This document shows, one piece after another, positions 20,122 through 29,173 of a stretch of 64,000 bases of DNA (its first letter is position 1; each line of letters opens with the position of its first letter). The translations under genes were made by a program, and so were the position numbers. The notes beneath the pieces were generated by a model, which had not been told where the DNA came from, did not search any database, and saw only the letters and a list, made by a program, of their open reading frames with translations. The stretch covers positions 3,066 through 67,065 of the forward strand of contig CAZOLB010000001.1 in NCBI GenBank assembly GCA_964580825.1. The letters run 5' to 3'. This DNA is from an uncultured Gammaproteobacteria bacterium. GTDB lineage: Bacteria; Patescibacteriota; Patescibacteriia; UBA2591; UBA6264.

Positions 20122-21243
20122 TTATTTTTTTTCAACCGTCTTTTTAAAACCAAACTGCCGAAAGGAAAAGAAAACAATTAAACAGCTAGCTAAGGCAATT
20201 AAAAAAAACAAAGCAATCACTTTGCCCGTAGTCCTGGCAAATAAGGAAATAAATCCAAAAAAAACCGCAACTAACCAATAAAAGATAGCTGTCCCGCGAT
20301 GTGAAAATCCAATGTTTAATAAGCGGAAATGGAGATGTTTCTGATCACCTGAAAACGGCGAACGATGTTCAATAAAAATTCTTTGAATAACCACGCTAAT
20401 AAGATCGATGATTGCCAAGCCGAGAATTAAAAAAGTGGTTGCCAATTTGCCGCCTGAAATTATTGCCAAAATTCCCAATATAAAACCGGCAAAAAGACTC
20501 CCTCCTTCGCCTAAAAAAATCTTTGCCGGATGGAAATTAAAAACCAAAAATCCTAAACCAGCGCCGGCTAAAATCAAGGCCATTATTCCAATGTCAGGCT
20601 GATAAAACCTGGTTAAAAAACAAAGTCCGGCAATAGTTAAAGATCCGATAACCGTCATTCCCGAGACCAAGCCATCCAGTCCGTCGAGCAATTTGGTGGC
20701 ATACATTAAAACCATTAACCAAATAAAAGTTATAATATCAGCAAGAGGCGTAAAATAATATGGAATTCCGTTTAGACGGATTATCTCAATTTTTACCTTG
20801 TCAAAATATAAATAACCTTCTCTTAAAGGATTATTAATAAACTCAATGCCGATGCCGCTGGCAATAACCGCCAAACAAGCCAAAATCGGCCAAATAATCT
20901 GTTTCTGCGGTTTTACATTGTATTTATCATCTAAAAACCCCCCGACCATTAAAAACAAGCCGGCAATAAATATGCCCGCTAAATGTTTAATTGGGATTTT
21001 CCTGATAAATCCGCCTAATTCCGGAATTAAATTCCAGGGGTTAAAATAAATAATAAACAAAACAATAAAGAAAACGATGAAAATAGCCGTCCCGCCTAAA
21101 AGAGGCGTCGCTTCACGATGAATTTTACGCTCTATCACTCCCGCATAATCAAGAATTCGCCATTTTATAGCCAAACGGCGAATCAAAAAAGTAAAAACAA
21201 CCGAAAGAATAAAACCAATTAAAAATAAAATTAAGAACAACAT
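20122..21243 (-). CDS. Polyprenyl-phosphate N-acetylhexosamine-1-phosphate transferase (MraY/WecA, glycosyltransferase family 4)
   Basis: 373 aa with about 10 TM helices and the cytoplasmic loop motif GGFLDDKYN. This is family-level similarity; MraY versus WecA/TagO is not resolved. Confidence 0.65.
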   Translation of the reverse strand: MLFLILFLIGFILSVVFTFLIRRLAIKWRILDYAGVIERKIHREATPLLGGTAIFIVFFIVLFIIYFNPWNLIPELGGFIRKIPIKHLAGIFIAGLFLMVGGFLDDKYNVKPQKQIIWPILACLAVIASGIGIEFINNPLREGYLYFDKVKIEIIRLNGIPYYFTPLADIITFIWLMVLMYATKLLDGLDGLVSGMTVIGSLTIAGLCFLTRFYQPDIGIMALILAGAGLGFLVFNFHPAKIFLGEGGSLFAGFILGILAIISGGKLATTFLILGLAIIDLISVVIQRIFIEHRSPFSGDQKHLHFRLLNIGFSHRGTAIFYWLVAVFFGFISLFARTTGKVIALFFLIALASCLIVFFSFRQFGFKKTVEKK

Positions 21244-21253
21244 AATTAAGCAA

Positions 21254-21709
21254 TTAAGGATTAGAAATTAAATTATCCAACCTGTCGAGATAATCCTGTA
21301 AAATAATTGTTGCGGCGATAGCATGTTCATTTTTATCTTCGCCCGACAATCTCTTTGCTTCCTGGCTGGTCAATCGCTCGTCGAAACCAATAACTGGAAC
21401 ATTTATCTCCCTTTTCAGCGTCTCAATAAATCTGTCAATAACTTTTGTCTGCTCCGTAACCATCCCCGATAAACCTAATGGCCGACCGATAACAATTTTT
21501 TCTATTTTTTCTTTTCCAATGATTTCTTTTAAGGTCTTTAACAAAATAGAATTATTTTTGTTGGTTAAAATTTTGTACGGCATGGCGATTGGCGGACAGC
21601 TATTAAAACCTTTGTTCTCAATCAACGAACCAAAAGCAATGGCCACGCCTACCCATTTTTTTCCATAATCAACAGCTAAAATCATAATAATATTATAACA
21701 AAAGGACAA
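21254..21709 (-). CDS. ruvX: Putative pre-16S rRNA nuclease / Holliday junction resolvase-like YqgF
   Basis: It shows an RNase H-like fold signature (ILAVDYGKKWVGVAIAF… with D at position 4 of the motif, …IGRPLGLSGMVTEQT…). The true start may be the internal Met at about 21685. Confidence 0.8.
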   Translation of the reverse strand: MSFCYNIIMILAVDYGKKWVGVAIAFGSLIENKGFNSCPPIAMPYKILTNKNNSILLKTLKEIIGKEKIEKIVIGRPLGLSGMVTEQTKVIDRFIETLKREINVPVIGFDERLTSQEAKRLSGEDKNEHAIAATIILQDYLDRLDNLISNP

Positions 21710-21754
21710 AAGAACAAAAGAACCTCTGTTTCATATCTATTAATAATAATCGAA

Positions 21755-22008
21755 AAAATAAAAGACCGCTGGCAGTATCGTATCGCAGCGGTCATCTATC
21801 ACGACCCCATCGGGGATTACATACGGGACCAAGGGGAGTTTTCTTCGCCTTTTCTCAAGAGTTACTTGCTTCTTCACTCCTTAGAAACGTTCCCCCCTTT
21901 TAGCGGGTTGAGATCTCTTATGCGAAACCCTCACCCAACCCTCACCCCATGAAAACTCTCTCTTGTCCCGGGACAAGAGCTTTGATTTCATCCCTCGGTC
22001 CCTCTCAC
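21755..22008 (-). ncRNA. Structured small RNA of unassigned class with its own promoter and intrinsic terminator
   Basis: A 370-nt gap in an otherwise compact region. A minus-strand promoter (TTGTTT, 16 nt, TATACT) lies at 22017-22044. The 5' GGGACCGAGGG pairs with 3' CCCUUGGUCCC as a terminal helix, about 170 nt apart. There is an internal perfect hairpin CUCUUGUCC-CG-GGACAAGAG. A terminator (GACCGCUG…CAGCGGUC followed by UUUUAUUUUUU) sits at about 21755-21795. No coding capacity. Confidence 0.45.
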
Positions 22009-22078
22009 TATTTAATAGTATAGCACCTTAAATAAAAAAAACAAGGAGTTACCTGTGGATAATTCTGAAAAAATAACT

Positions 22079-22840
22079 TTAAATTTTTGTTAAAATCTCT
22101 GATCCAGTTTTAGTGACTAATATTGTATGCTCAAAATGGGCGGACAAACTGCCGTCGCTGGTAACAATAGTCCAACCATCGTCCAAAATTTTCACTTTCC
22201 AATCGCCAATATTAACCATTGGCTCGACGGCTAAGACCATTCCCGCTTTTAAAATTGGGCCGGCTCCCTTTTTTCCATAATTTAAAATAGTCGGCTCTTC
22301 ATGAAGTTCTTTACCAATGCCGTGGCCGGAAAGATGGCGAACAACCGAAAACCCCCTTTTTTCCACACAAGACTGGATTGCCTGAGATAAATCGCCTAAA
22401 TAGGCGCCTGGTTTTATTTTTTTTACGGCCAGCGCTAATGATTTTTCGGTCACCTTAATCAATTTTCCAGCTTTTTTTGAAATTTGCCCTATCGGAACAG
22501 TTACTGCCATGTCGGCGTAATAACCTTGGTATTTCAAGCCGCAATCCAAACCAATAATATCGCCGACTTTAAGAATTTGATTCTCTTCAGGAATCGCATG
22601 GACTACCTGATTATTGACCGAAGCGCAGAGAACGGCAGGATAAACTCTTCCCCTATCCTTAAAGCCTTTAAAAGCCGGCTCGGCGCCAGCCTTTAAAATT
22701 AAATCTTCGGCTAGTTGGTCTAAAAAAAAAGTAGAAACGCCTTCTTCTGTCCGCGAAACCACTTCTTTCATCACTCCTGCCAAAAGACGACCGGCTCGAC
22801 GCATTATTTCAATTTCCTTTTCCGTTTTTATGGGAATCAT
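22079..22840 (-). CDS. map: Methionine aminopeptidase, type I
   Basis: 253 aa. The pita-bread fold metal ligands are conserved (…DIIGLDCG…, …HGIGKELHEEP…, …EPM…), with full-length similarity. Confidence 0.9.
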   Translation of the reverse strand: MIPIKTEKEIEIMRRAGRLLAGVMKEVVSRTEEGVSTFFLDQLAEDLILKAGAEPAFKGFKDRGRVYPAVLCASVNNQVVHAIPEENQILKVGDIIGLDCGLKYQGYYADMAVTVPIGQISKKAGKLIKVTEKSLALAVKKIKPGAYLGDLSQAIQSCVEKRGFSVVRHLSGHGIGKELHEEPTILNYGKKGAGPILKAGMVLAVEPMVNIGDWKVKILDDGWTIVTSDGSLSAHFEHTILVTKTGSEILTKI

Positions 22841-22918
22841 ATTCCCTCGTTTCGCTCAATTAAATTCAAAGGTAAAACGCATCCTTTTTGTCTTCCTAAC
22901 CATTCTAATATTTTACCT

Positions 22919-23584
22919 TCAAATTTTTAATTTTTTCAAAATATCTTTAAAAACCTTTTTTACCGGCTGTTCGCCGTTAACTTTAATCAACATATCTTTT
23001 TCCCGATAATACTCGATAGCCGGCATCACTTTTTCGTCAAACCAGCTCAACCTTTTTCTAATTGCCACCCCGTCAATATCGTAATCCCTAACCACTATCT
23101 CGCCGCTGCATTTGGGGCACTTTTTTTTATTTCGGCCGGCAAATACCGTTTTACACCGACTGCAAACCGAGCGATTTAAAAGACGCCTAAGCGACTCTTT
23201 ATTACCCACGTTAATCCAAATGGCGTAAATCTCTCCCTGAATCCTCGAGTTATTCATTAATTTATCCAGATCTCTGGCCTGACCAATCGTTCGAGGATAA
23301 CCGTCTACAAGAATGCCTCTTTTGGTTTTTATTTTTCTAAACGCCTCTTGAACTAAACCTAACATTATTTTATCGGGACAATGTCGCCCACTTTTATGTA
23401 TTTTATGCACTTTTTTCCCCAATTCAGAATTCTCTTTTGCTTTTTGCCTCACCAATTCTCCCGCTTCTATCTTTTGCAGATTATATTTCTTAATTAAAAA
23501 CTCGGCTTGAGTACCCTTACCCGACCCAGCCGGCCCTAAAAGAATAATATTTAAAATTTTCTTGGACATAGAATCGTATTTCAC
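22919..23584 (-). CDS. adk: Adenylate kinase (long form with Zn-binding lid)
   Basis: P-loop LLGPAGSGKGTQAEF. The lid carries CSRC…CPKC. The start may be the downstream Met (MSKKIL…). Confidence 0.9.
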   Translation of the reverse strand: MKYDSMSKKILNIILLGPAGSGKGTQAEFLIKKYNLQKIEAGELVRQKAKENSELGKKVHKIHKSGRHCPDKIMLGLVQEAFRKIKTKRGILVDGYPRTIGQARDLDKLMNNSRIQGEIYAIWINVGNKESLRRLLNRSVCSRCKTVFAGRNKKKCPKCSGEIVVRDYDIDGVAIRKRLSWFDEKVMPAIEYYREKDMLIKVNGEQPVKKVFKDILKKLKI

Positions 23585-23595
23585 TAATTAATATC

Positions 23596-24873
23596 TTATA
23601 GCCCTTCGTACTCATGCATTGAAATTTGGGCCTGAATTTGCTTAACCGTTTCCAAAACCACGCTAACGACAATCAAAATCGCCGCTCCCCCTACAACAAA
23701 AGCAGACATTTTAAAAAGATTCTGCGTAATAATCGGCAGAACGGCAATCAATCCCAACGACAGCGCTCCCGCCAGCATTATTCGGTTGCTAACATTGGAT
23801 AAATATTTCGCTGTCGGTTGTCCAGGCCTTAAACCAGGAACAAATCCTCCTTGTTTCTGTAAATTATCGGCAATTTGGATTGGGTGAAAAATAATACTGG
23901 TATAAAAATAAGTAAAAGCCACCACTAATATAAAATAAGTAATGCCGTAAATCAATTGATTTTGCGTAAAATTTGCCAGAATTCGACCAATTCCCGCCAC
24001 TAAACCCGAACCAGATCTTGTCATAAGCTGCCCGATTAAGCCGGGGAAAAGAACAATGGAAATCGCAAAAATAATAGGAATCATTCCAGCCTGATTAACC
24101 CTCAAGGGCAAATAAGTATCCATGCCTCCATACATGCGGTTGCCGCGAATTCGGCGGGCATAAGTAACCGGAATATTCCGCTGTGCCTCCGTTATAATTA
24201 CCACGCCGGCGACGGTAATCAAAGCTAAAAACAGCAAAACCGCCATATTTATTAACTGCTCCTTGGAAAAAGTGGCGATGACCTGCTGTAAAGAAACGGG
24301 CAATCTTTCAACTATACCGGCGAAAATTATCAAGGAAATACCATTGCCTATTTTCTTTTCAGTAATCAGTTCTCCTAACCACATTAGAAACATTGTTCCG
24401 GCCGACATTACCACCAGCATGCGGATTAAGTCAAATTTTGACGAAAAACTGACAATCGACTGCGACGATTGCCGGAAAATCATTATCATTCCGTACGATT
24501 GCAATAAAGCCAAAGGAACGGTTAATAAACGAGAATATTGGTTAATCTTCTGGTATCCGCTCGACCCTTCTTTACTTAATTCTTCCAATTTGGGAAAAAT
24601 CATGGTCAAAAGCTGCATAATAATGGAAGCGGTAATGTAGGGAGCAACGCCCATCGCCACAATGGAAAAATTAGCCATAGCACCCCCGGAAAGAATATTC
24701 AACATCCCCAGCATTTCATTGCGAGAAAATAAATCTTTAAGATTGGCAAGGTTGATGCCCGGCAACGGAATATGAGAAGCGATTCTGAAAATCACCAACA
24801 TGGCGATAACAAAAATCAAATTATTTCTCAAATCTTTAATTTGCCAAATTTGTCTTATTTTCTCAAAAATCAT
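23596..24873 (-). CDS. secY: Preprotein translocase subunit SecY
   Basis: 425 aa with 10 TM helices and conserved SecY blocks (…GMQQFIPY…-like, …PGLRPGQPTAKYL…). It sits at the canonical position after rplO. Confidence 0.95.
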   Translation of the reverse strand: MIFEKIRQIWQIKDLRNNLIFVIAMLVIFRIASHIPLPGINLANLKDLFSRNEMLGMLNILSGGAMANFSIVAMGVAPYITASIIMQLLTMIFPKLEELSKEGSSGYQKINQYSRLLTVPLALLQSYGMIMIFRQSSQSIVSFSSKFDLIRMLVVMSAGTMFLMWLGELITEKKIGNGISLIIFAGIVERLPVSLQQVIATFSKEQLINMAVLLFLALITVAGVVIITEAQRNIPVTYARRIRGNRMYGGMDTYLPLRVNQAGMIPIIFAISIVLFPGLIGQLMTRSGSGLVAGIGRILANFTQNQLIYGITYFILVVAFTYFYTSIIFHPIQIADNLQKQGGFVPGLRPGQPTAKYLSNVSNRIMLAGALSLGLIAVLPIITQNLFKMSAFVVGGAAILIVVSVVLETVKQIQAQISMHEYEGL

Positions 24874-24886
24874 AAATCCCTTATTT

Positions 24887-25348
24887 TTATTTATTGATGA
24901 TGATGACCCGGCTGCCGGCTTTTTCTATGGCTTCTTTGGCTTTTTTAGAAAAAGCATGGGCTTCAATCCTCGCTGGCAACGATATTTTTTTGTCAGACAA
25001 GGGGTTATATAAAATTTTAACTCTTTGACGGCTGTTTTTTATCAATTCGGCGGCGATCAACTCTTTTAAGCCGACAACTTCGGTATTTTTGAATTTTTTT
25101 TGGATACCCTCTAAAGAAATAATTTGGAATTTGGGGATTAAAGATTTAAAACCGCTAAATTTGGGAAAACTTTTAATATTTCGTTTTAAACCTTTTATTT
25201 TAAGGCCCCTTTTTCCTCCTGATCTTGAACGTTGGCCCTTTTGGCCGCGACCGCAATAAGCACCATGCCCCGAAGCATTGCCTCGACCTCGGCGTTTACG
25301 ACGATGTTTTGAATTCGATTTTACTTGTAAATTAGAAAGGTTAATCAT
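24887..25348 (-). CDS. rplO: 50S ribosomal protein L15
   Basis: Glycine/arginine-rich N-terminus (…RKRRGRGNASGHGAYCGRGQKGQRSRSGG…); typical L15. Confidence 0.9.
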   Translation of the reverse strand: MINLSNLQVKSNSKHRRKRRGRGNASGHGAYCGRGQKGQRSRSGGKRGLKIKGLKRNIKSFPKFSGFKSLIPKFQIISLEGIQKKFKNTEVVGLKELIAAELIKNSRQRVKILYNPLSDKKISLPARIEAHAFSKKAKEAIEKAGSRVIIINK

Positions 25349-25377
25349 AAATACTTTAACTAAAAATTATCTGTTGC

Positions 25378-25878
25378 TTATTTGGCCTTTTTGTCAATTC
25401 TCGGCTTTAAAGCGCTTAAAGCATTAATAGCGGCGCGAACGTTATTAATTTTGTTCTTTGACCCTAATATTTTAGCCGTAACATTCTTCACTCCCGCCAA
25501 AGTTAAAATTGATCTTACTGCTCCGCCCGCGACGATTCCATGCCCTTTAGAGGCCGGTCTAAGCAAAATTCGAGCCGCTCCATATTTCATTTTAATCCAA
25601 TAAGGGATCGTGCCATTGATGAATTCGACATTTATTAAATTTTTATTGGCTTGACGCACTGCTTTTTCAATAGCCATTGATACGTCGGCCCCCTTAGCCA
25701 CTCCTACGCCGACCTTACCCTTGCGGTCTCCTATGGCAATACAAGCTCGAAAACTCAAACGTTTTCCCCCTTTAACCACTCTGGTTACTCGCGCCAAATC
25801 GATTAACCGCTGTTCAAACTCCGGTTTAGTGCCAACCTCGGGCAAAGATCTGCTTTTTACTCTCCTTTCTTTAACCAT
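25378..25878 (-). CDS. rpsE: 30S ribosomal protein S5
   Basis: …RVTRVVKGGKRLSFRACIAIGDRKGKVGVGVAKGADV… is the S5 dsRBD and C-terminal domain signature. Confidence 0.9.
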   Translation of the reverse strand: MVKERRVKSRSLPEVGTKPEFEQRLIDLARVTRVVKGGKRLSFRACIAIGDRKGKVGVGVAKGADVSMAIEKAVRQANKNLINVEFINGTIPYWIKMKYGAARILLRPASKGHGIVAGGAVRSILTLAGVKNVTAKILGSKNKINNVRAAINALSALKPRIDKKAK

Positions 25879-25949
25879 AATATTAAACTATCATCTTATA
25901 AAAATATATTTTAATTAAATCACCATAATCTCAATTCCAACGACTTTTT

Positions 25950-26321
25950 TTAAAATTCCAATCCGCCCGCCCTTGCCCCTTCGGCTACGGCCTTCACTCG
26001 GCCATGATATTTATATCCTCCTCTGTCAAAAACCGTTCGTCTTATCCCCCTTTCAAGCGCTTTCTGCGCCAAAAGTTTTCCTATCTCAAGAGCCACGGCT
26101 GTTTTGTTAATAGTCGCTTTTTCTTTTTTACCTTCGATTTTAGGCAGGACTTCCTGCACCCTAGCCGCCACCAACGTCTGTCCACGGCTGTCATCAATCA
26201 ACTGAGCATAAATATACCTATTGCTTCTAAAAACACAAAGTCTTGGCTTTTGAGTGGTGCCGTAAATCTTGCTGCGTCCCCGCCGATGCCGCATTTGCCT
26301 TTGATGATGTTTTATTAACAT
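25950..26321 (-). CDS. rplR: 50S ribosomal protein L18
   Basis: …[18 protein letters not shown]… is the L18 signature. Confidence 0.9.
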   Translation of the reverse strand: MLIKHHQRQMRHRRGRSKIYGTTQKPRLCVFRSNRYIYAQLIDDSRGQTLVAARVQEVLPKIEGKKEKATINKTAVALEIGKLLAQKALERGIRRTVFDRGGYKYHGRVKAVAEGARAGGLEF

Positions 26322-26348
26322 ATCTTTTTATTTAAATAAACCTGAACC

Positions 26349-26897
26349 TTATTTACTTGAAGCGACCGCTTTCTTTCCGGCTTTCCTTTTAATAAATTCG
26401 CCAAAATATTTAATCCCCTTGCCCTTGTAGGGTTCCGGTTTTTTTAAACGTCTAATCCGAGCGGCTGTTTCTCCCACCAACTGTTTATCAACGCCCCTAA
26501 TGATAATAATATTCTGTTCCACTTTTATTCCAATGCCTTGGGGAATCAAAAAATCAACTGAATGAGAAAAGCCGATATTAAGAGTCAATTTCCCATTACC
26601 GACCTGGGCTCGATAACCGACTCCAACCAATTCTAATTTCTTTTCAAATTCCTCATTCACTCCTTTAATCATATTTGAAATCAAACGAGCGAATGTCCCC
26701 CAAAGAGATCTTTGATTTTTTATTTCAGAATTTTCAACGGATAATTTTATTTGTTCGTCTTTTATTTCAATATTCAAAAAATCCGGCAATTTCTGTCTTA
26801 ATTCTCCTTTCGGACCTTTAACAAAAACCTCTTTTGCCTCCGCTTTTACTTCGACGGAGGAAGGGATAAAAATTACTTGTCTACCTACTCTCGACAT
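26349..26897 (-). CDS. rplF: 50S ribosomal protein L6
   Basis: MSRVGRQVIFIPSSVEVK… with the two-domain L6 layout. Confidence 0.9.
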   Translation of the reverse strand: MSRVGRQVIFIPSSVEVKAEAKEVFVKGPKGELRQKLPDFLNIEIKDEQIKLSVENSEIKNQRSLWGTFARLISNMIKGVNEEFEKKLELVGVGYRAQVGNGKLTLNIGFSHSVDFLIPQGIGIKVEQNIIIIRGVDKQLVGETAARIRRLKKPEPYKGKGIKYFGEFIKRKAGKKAVASSK

Positions 26898-26959
26898 ACA
26901 CTCTATAAAATAATTCCAATCTATATAAACACTTATATGAGATTATACTTTATCAAAAA

Positions 26960-27391
26960 CTAATATATCTCGCAAATTAATTCCCCTCCCAACCTGTTTT
27001 TGCGGGCCCTTTGACCGGTCATTAAACCTTGGGGAGTGGATAAAATAACCATTCCTAATCCGCTTAAAACAGACGGTATCTTATCTTTCTTTACATAAAT
27101 GCGTTGACCGGGGCGGCTAATCCTCTTTAAACTTTTAATCGCCGACTGTCCCTGTTTGTCATATTTCAGGGCGATTTTTATCTGCTTAAAAGACGTATTA
27201 TTAAAAATATCCTCTCCTGTCTCTCCTTCTCCCGCCGAAGAAAAAATTTCCGCCTTTTCAATCCAATGCTCTTCTTCCAGAATTTTAGCCAAGTCATACT
27301 TAATTCTGGAATAAGGCAAAATCACTTCCGTTTTTTTGACGGCGATAATATTACGCATTCTTGTTAACATGTCGGCTATTGGATCTGTCAT
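26960..27391 (-). CDS. rpsH: 30S ribosomal protein S8
   Basis: MTDPIADMLTRMRN… is the S8 N-terminal signature. Confidence 0.9.
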   Translation of the reverse strand: MTDPIADMLTRMRNIIAVKKTEVILPYSRIKYDLAKILEEEHWIEKAEIFSSAGEGETGEDIFNNTSFKQIKIALKYDKQGQSAIKSLKRISRPGQRIYVKKDKIPSVLSGLGMVILSTPQGLMTGQRARKNRLGGELICEIY

Positions 27392-27518
27392 AAGCGCATA
27401 CTAAAACTAAAAATAAAAAATATAAGAATATTTATTTGACAACTTTTTTAAATTAAGACTCCGATATTTTTTCATTTTTTTGGTATGTATTTTTTATATT
27501 TTATATTCTATTTAAAAA

Positions 27519-27704
27519 CTACCAACTACTCTTTCTAACTCCCGGGATAACTCCTTTTGAGGCTAGTTCTCTAAAACAAATGCGGCAAACGCCAAACTCT
27601 CTCAGATATCCACGTCTTCTCCCGCAACGCCAACAACGCCGGATAACCCGAGTAGAGTATTTCGGTTTTCTTTTAGCTCTAATTATTTGGGATTTTTTAG
27701 CCAT
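27519..27704 (-). CDS. rpsZ: 30S ribosomal protein S14, zinc-binding type Z
   Basis: 61 aa with [20 protein letters not shown]. Confidence 0.9.
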   Translation of the reverse strand: MAKKSQIIRAKRKPKYSTRVIRRCWRCGRRRGYLREFGVCRICFRELASKGVIPGVRKSSW

Positions 27705-27812
27705 ATTAATAACTAATTTTCATGAATCAATGGCGAATTCCTGCGAATCACAAATTCATGATTAATGATGATTTGTTTTTCAAATTCGTGGTAATCCGTT
27801 ATATATTATTCC
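27705..27812. repeat. ACGAAT-box palindromic element, copy 1 (rpsZ-rplE spacer)
   Basis: This 108-nt spacer sits where most bacteria have fewer than 20 nt. It contains …cgaattcctGCGAATCACaAATTCaTGATTaatg… plus a downstream ttttcaaattcgtgg. The same ~80-nt pattern recurs at 28699-28801 and 29174-29234. Confidence 0.5.
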
Positions 27813-28364
27813 TTATCTGAATGGTATTCCAAATAACTTAAATAATTCTGTACCTTCTTCTTTATTTTTTGCCGTTGTCGATATCACCACCTGCAAACCG
27901 TGAACCTTTTCCATTTTCTCGGGATTTATCTCTGGGAAAACCGTTTGTTCTTTAAAGCCGATCGACAAATTTCCTCTTTCGTCCACGCTTTTTAGAGCAA
28001 TGCCGCGAAAATCTCTTATTCTTGGCAAGGCGATATTGATTAATTTTTCTAAAAAATCATACATTCTCGCCGACCTTAACACAACGCTCGCTCCCACGGT
28101 GCTTGAATCTCTTATTTTAAAACCGGCAATGGATTTCTTAGCTATGTTTAAAATCGGCCTTTGTCCGGTGATTCCCGATATTGTTTTCGCAACTATCTCG
28201 ACATACCGATGATCTTTTTCGGCCATATCCCGATTAATTCCAATATTAACGGTAATTTTTTGAATTTTAGGCACGGCCTGATTATTTTTATAACCAAAAC
28301 ATTTTTTCATTTCAGGGACAACTTCTTTCAAATATTTATGTTTAAAATTCATATTTATTAGCAA
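27813..28364 (-). CDS. rplE: 50S ribosomal protein L5
   Basis: …YKNNQAVPKIQKITVNIGI… and …FRGI… L5 motifs. Confidence 0.9.
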   Translation of the reverse strand: MLINMNFKHKYLKEVVPEMKKCFGYKNNQAVPKIQKITVNIGINRDMAEKDHRYVEIVAKTISGITGQRPILNIAKKSIAGFKIRDSSTVGASVVLRSARMYDFLEKLINIALPRIRDFRGIALKSVDERGNLSIGFKEQTVFPEINPEKMEKVHGLQVVISTTAKNKEEGTELFKLFGIPFR

Positions 28365-28389
28365 TAATAAACTTCACAAGTTATAACCG

Positions 28390-28698
28390 CTATATTATTT
28401 CTTTACATTTTCGACAAAACCTTTTTTTCGCGCCATCGGCTAGTATTTTATAACCCACCCTTATCGCCTTTTTACATCGAGGACAGACGAGCATAATATT
28501 TGAAGCCGCCAAAGGCATGGCCATTTTGATTTTTTGCCCCTTTTCCCCTTCTCTTTTAGGCCGAATATGTTTAGTGACTAAATTCATCCCTTCCACTACC
28601 ATTCTCCCCTCTTTACTCAAAACCTTAAGCACCCGCCCTTTCTGGCCGCGGTCTTTACCTGTCAAAATCTCGACTATATCGTCTTTTTTAATACGCAT
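28390..28698 (-). CDS. rplX: 50S ribosomal protein L24 (KOW), C-terminus carrying four Cys in a zinc-ribbon arrangement
   Basis: The KOW motif is present (KKDDIVEILTGKDRGQKGRVLKV). The C-terminus NIMLVCPRCKKAIRVGYKILADGAKKRFCRKCKEII aligns to the normal L24 tail but with CxxC…CxxC. Confidence 0.85.
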   Translation of the reverse strand: MRIKKDDIVEILTGKDRGQKGRVLKVLSKEGRMVVEGMNLVTKHIRPKREGEKGQKIKMAMPLAASNIMLVCPRCKKAIRVGYKILADGAKKRFCRKCKEII

Positions 28699-28801
28699 AT
28701 TAATAGCTAATTTTTACGAATCTATGACGAACTTCCACGAATCACGAATTCGCGATTCGTATTCTATTCGTTTCTAAATTTGTGACGATGTTGTGTATTA
28801 T
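28699..28801. repeat. ACGAAT-box palindromic element, copy 2 (rplX-rplN spacer)
   Basis: The core ACGAATCACGAATTCGCGATTCGT (28737-28760) is a 24-nt palindrome with 2 mismatches, centred on GAATTC. It is flanked by tattcgtttctaaatttgtg, as in copies 1 and 3. Confidence 0.55.
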
Positions 28802-29173
28802 TTATAATACCTCTGGGGCCATTGAAATAATTTTTAAATACCCCTTTTCGCGCAATTCCCTTGCCACCGCGCCAAAAAGACGCGTGCCTTTCGGTTCTTT
28901 GGTTTTAACATCAATAATCACCGCGGCGTTATCGTCGAATCTGATATAAGTCCCGTCGGGACGCCTTGTCTCCTTTTTTGTCCTGACTATTAGTGCTTGA
29001 ATGACTTCCCCTTTTTTAACCATAGTGTGAGGGACCGCCTTTTTAATGGTGGCGGTAATAATATCTCCTATCCCGGCGTAGCGCCTTTTATAACCGCCCC
29101 AGACGCGAATACACATTATCTCTTTGGCGCCTGTATTGTCGATTATTTTTATTCTTGATTGGGCTTGAATCAT
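28802..29173 (-). CDS. rplN: 50S ribosomal protein L14
   Basis: [24 protein letters not shown]… is the L14 signature. Confidence 0.9.
   Translation of the reverse strand: MIQAQSRIKIIDNTGAKEIMCIRVWGGYKRRYAGIGDIITATIKKAVPHTMVKKGEVIQALIVRTKKETRRPDGTYIRFDDNAAVIIDVKTKEPKGTRLFGAVARELREKGYLKIISMAPEVL

Noticed and set aside
21710-22078. tmRNA or RNase P RNA assignment for the map-ruvX small RNA
   Set aside because: It has no tRNA-like acceptor/T-arm ends (no GGUUCGAxUCC) and no tag ORF. It has none of the RNase P conserved boxes (GGAAAGUCCGGGCUCC, AGGGUGAAA…GGUGCGGUAAGAGCGCACC, ACAGAACCCGGCUUA). The class is left open.
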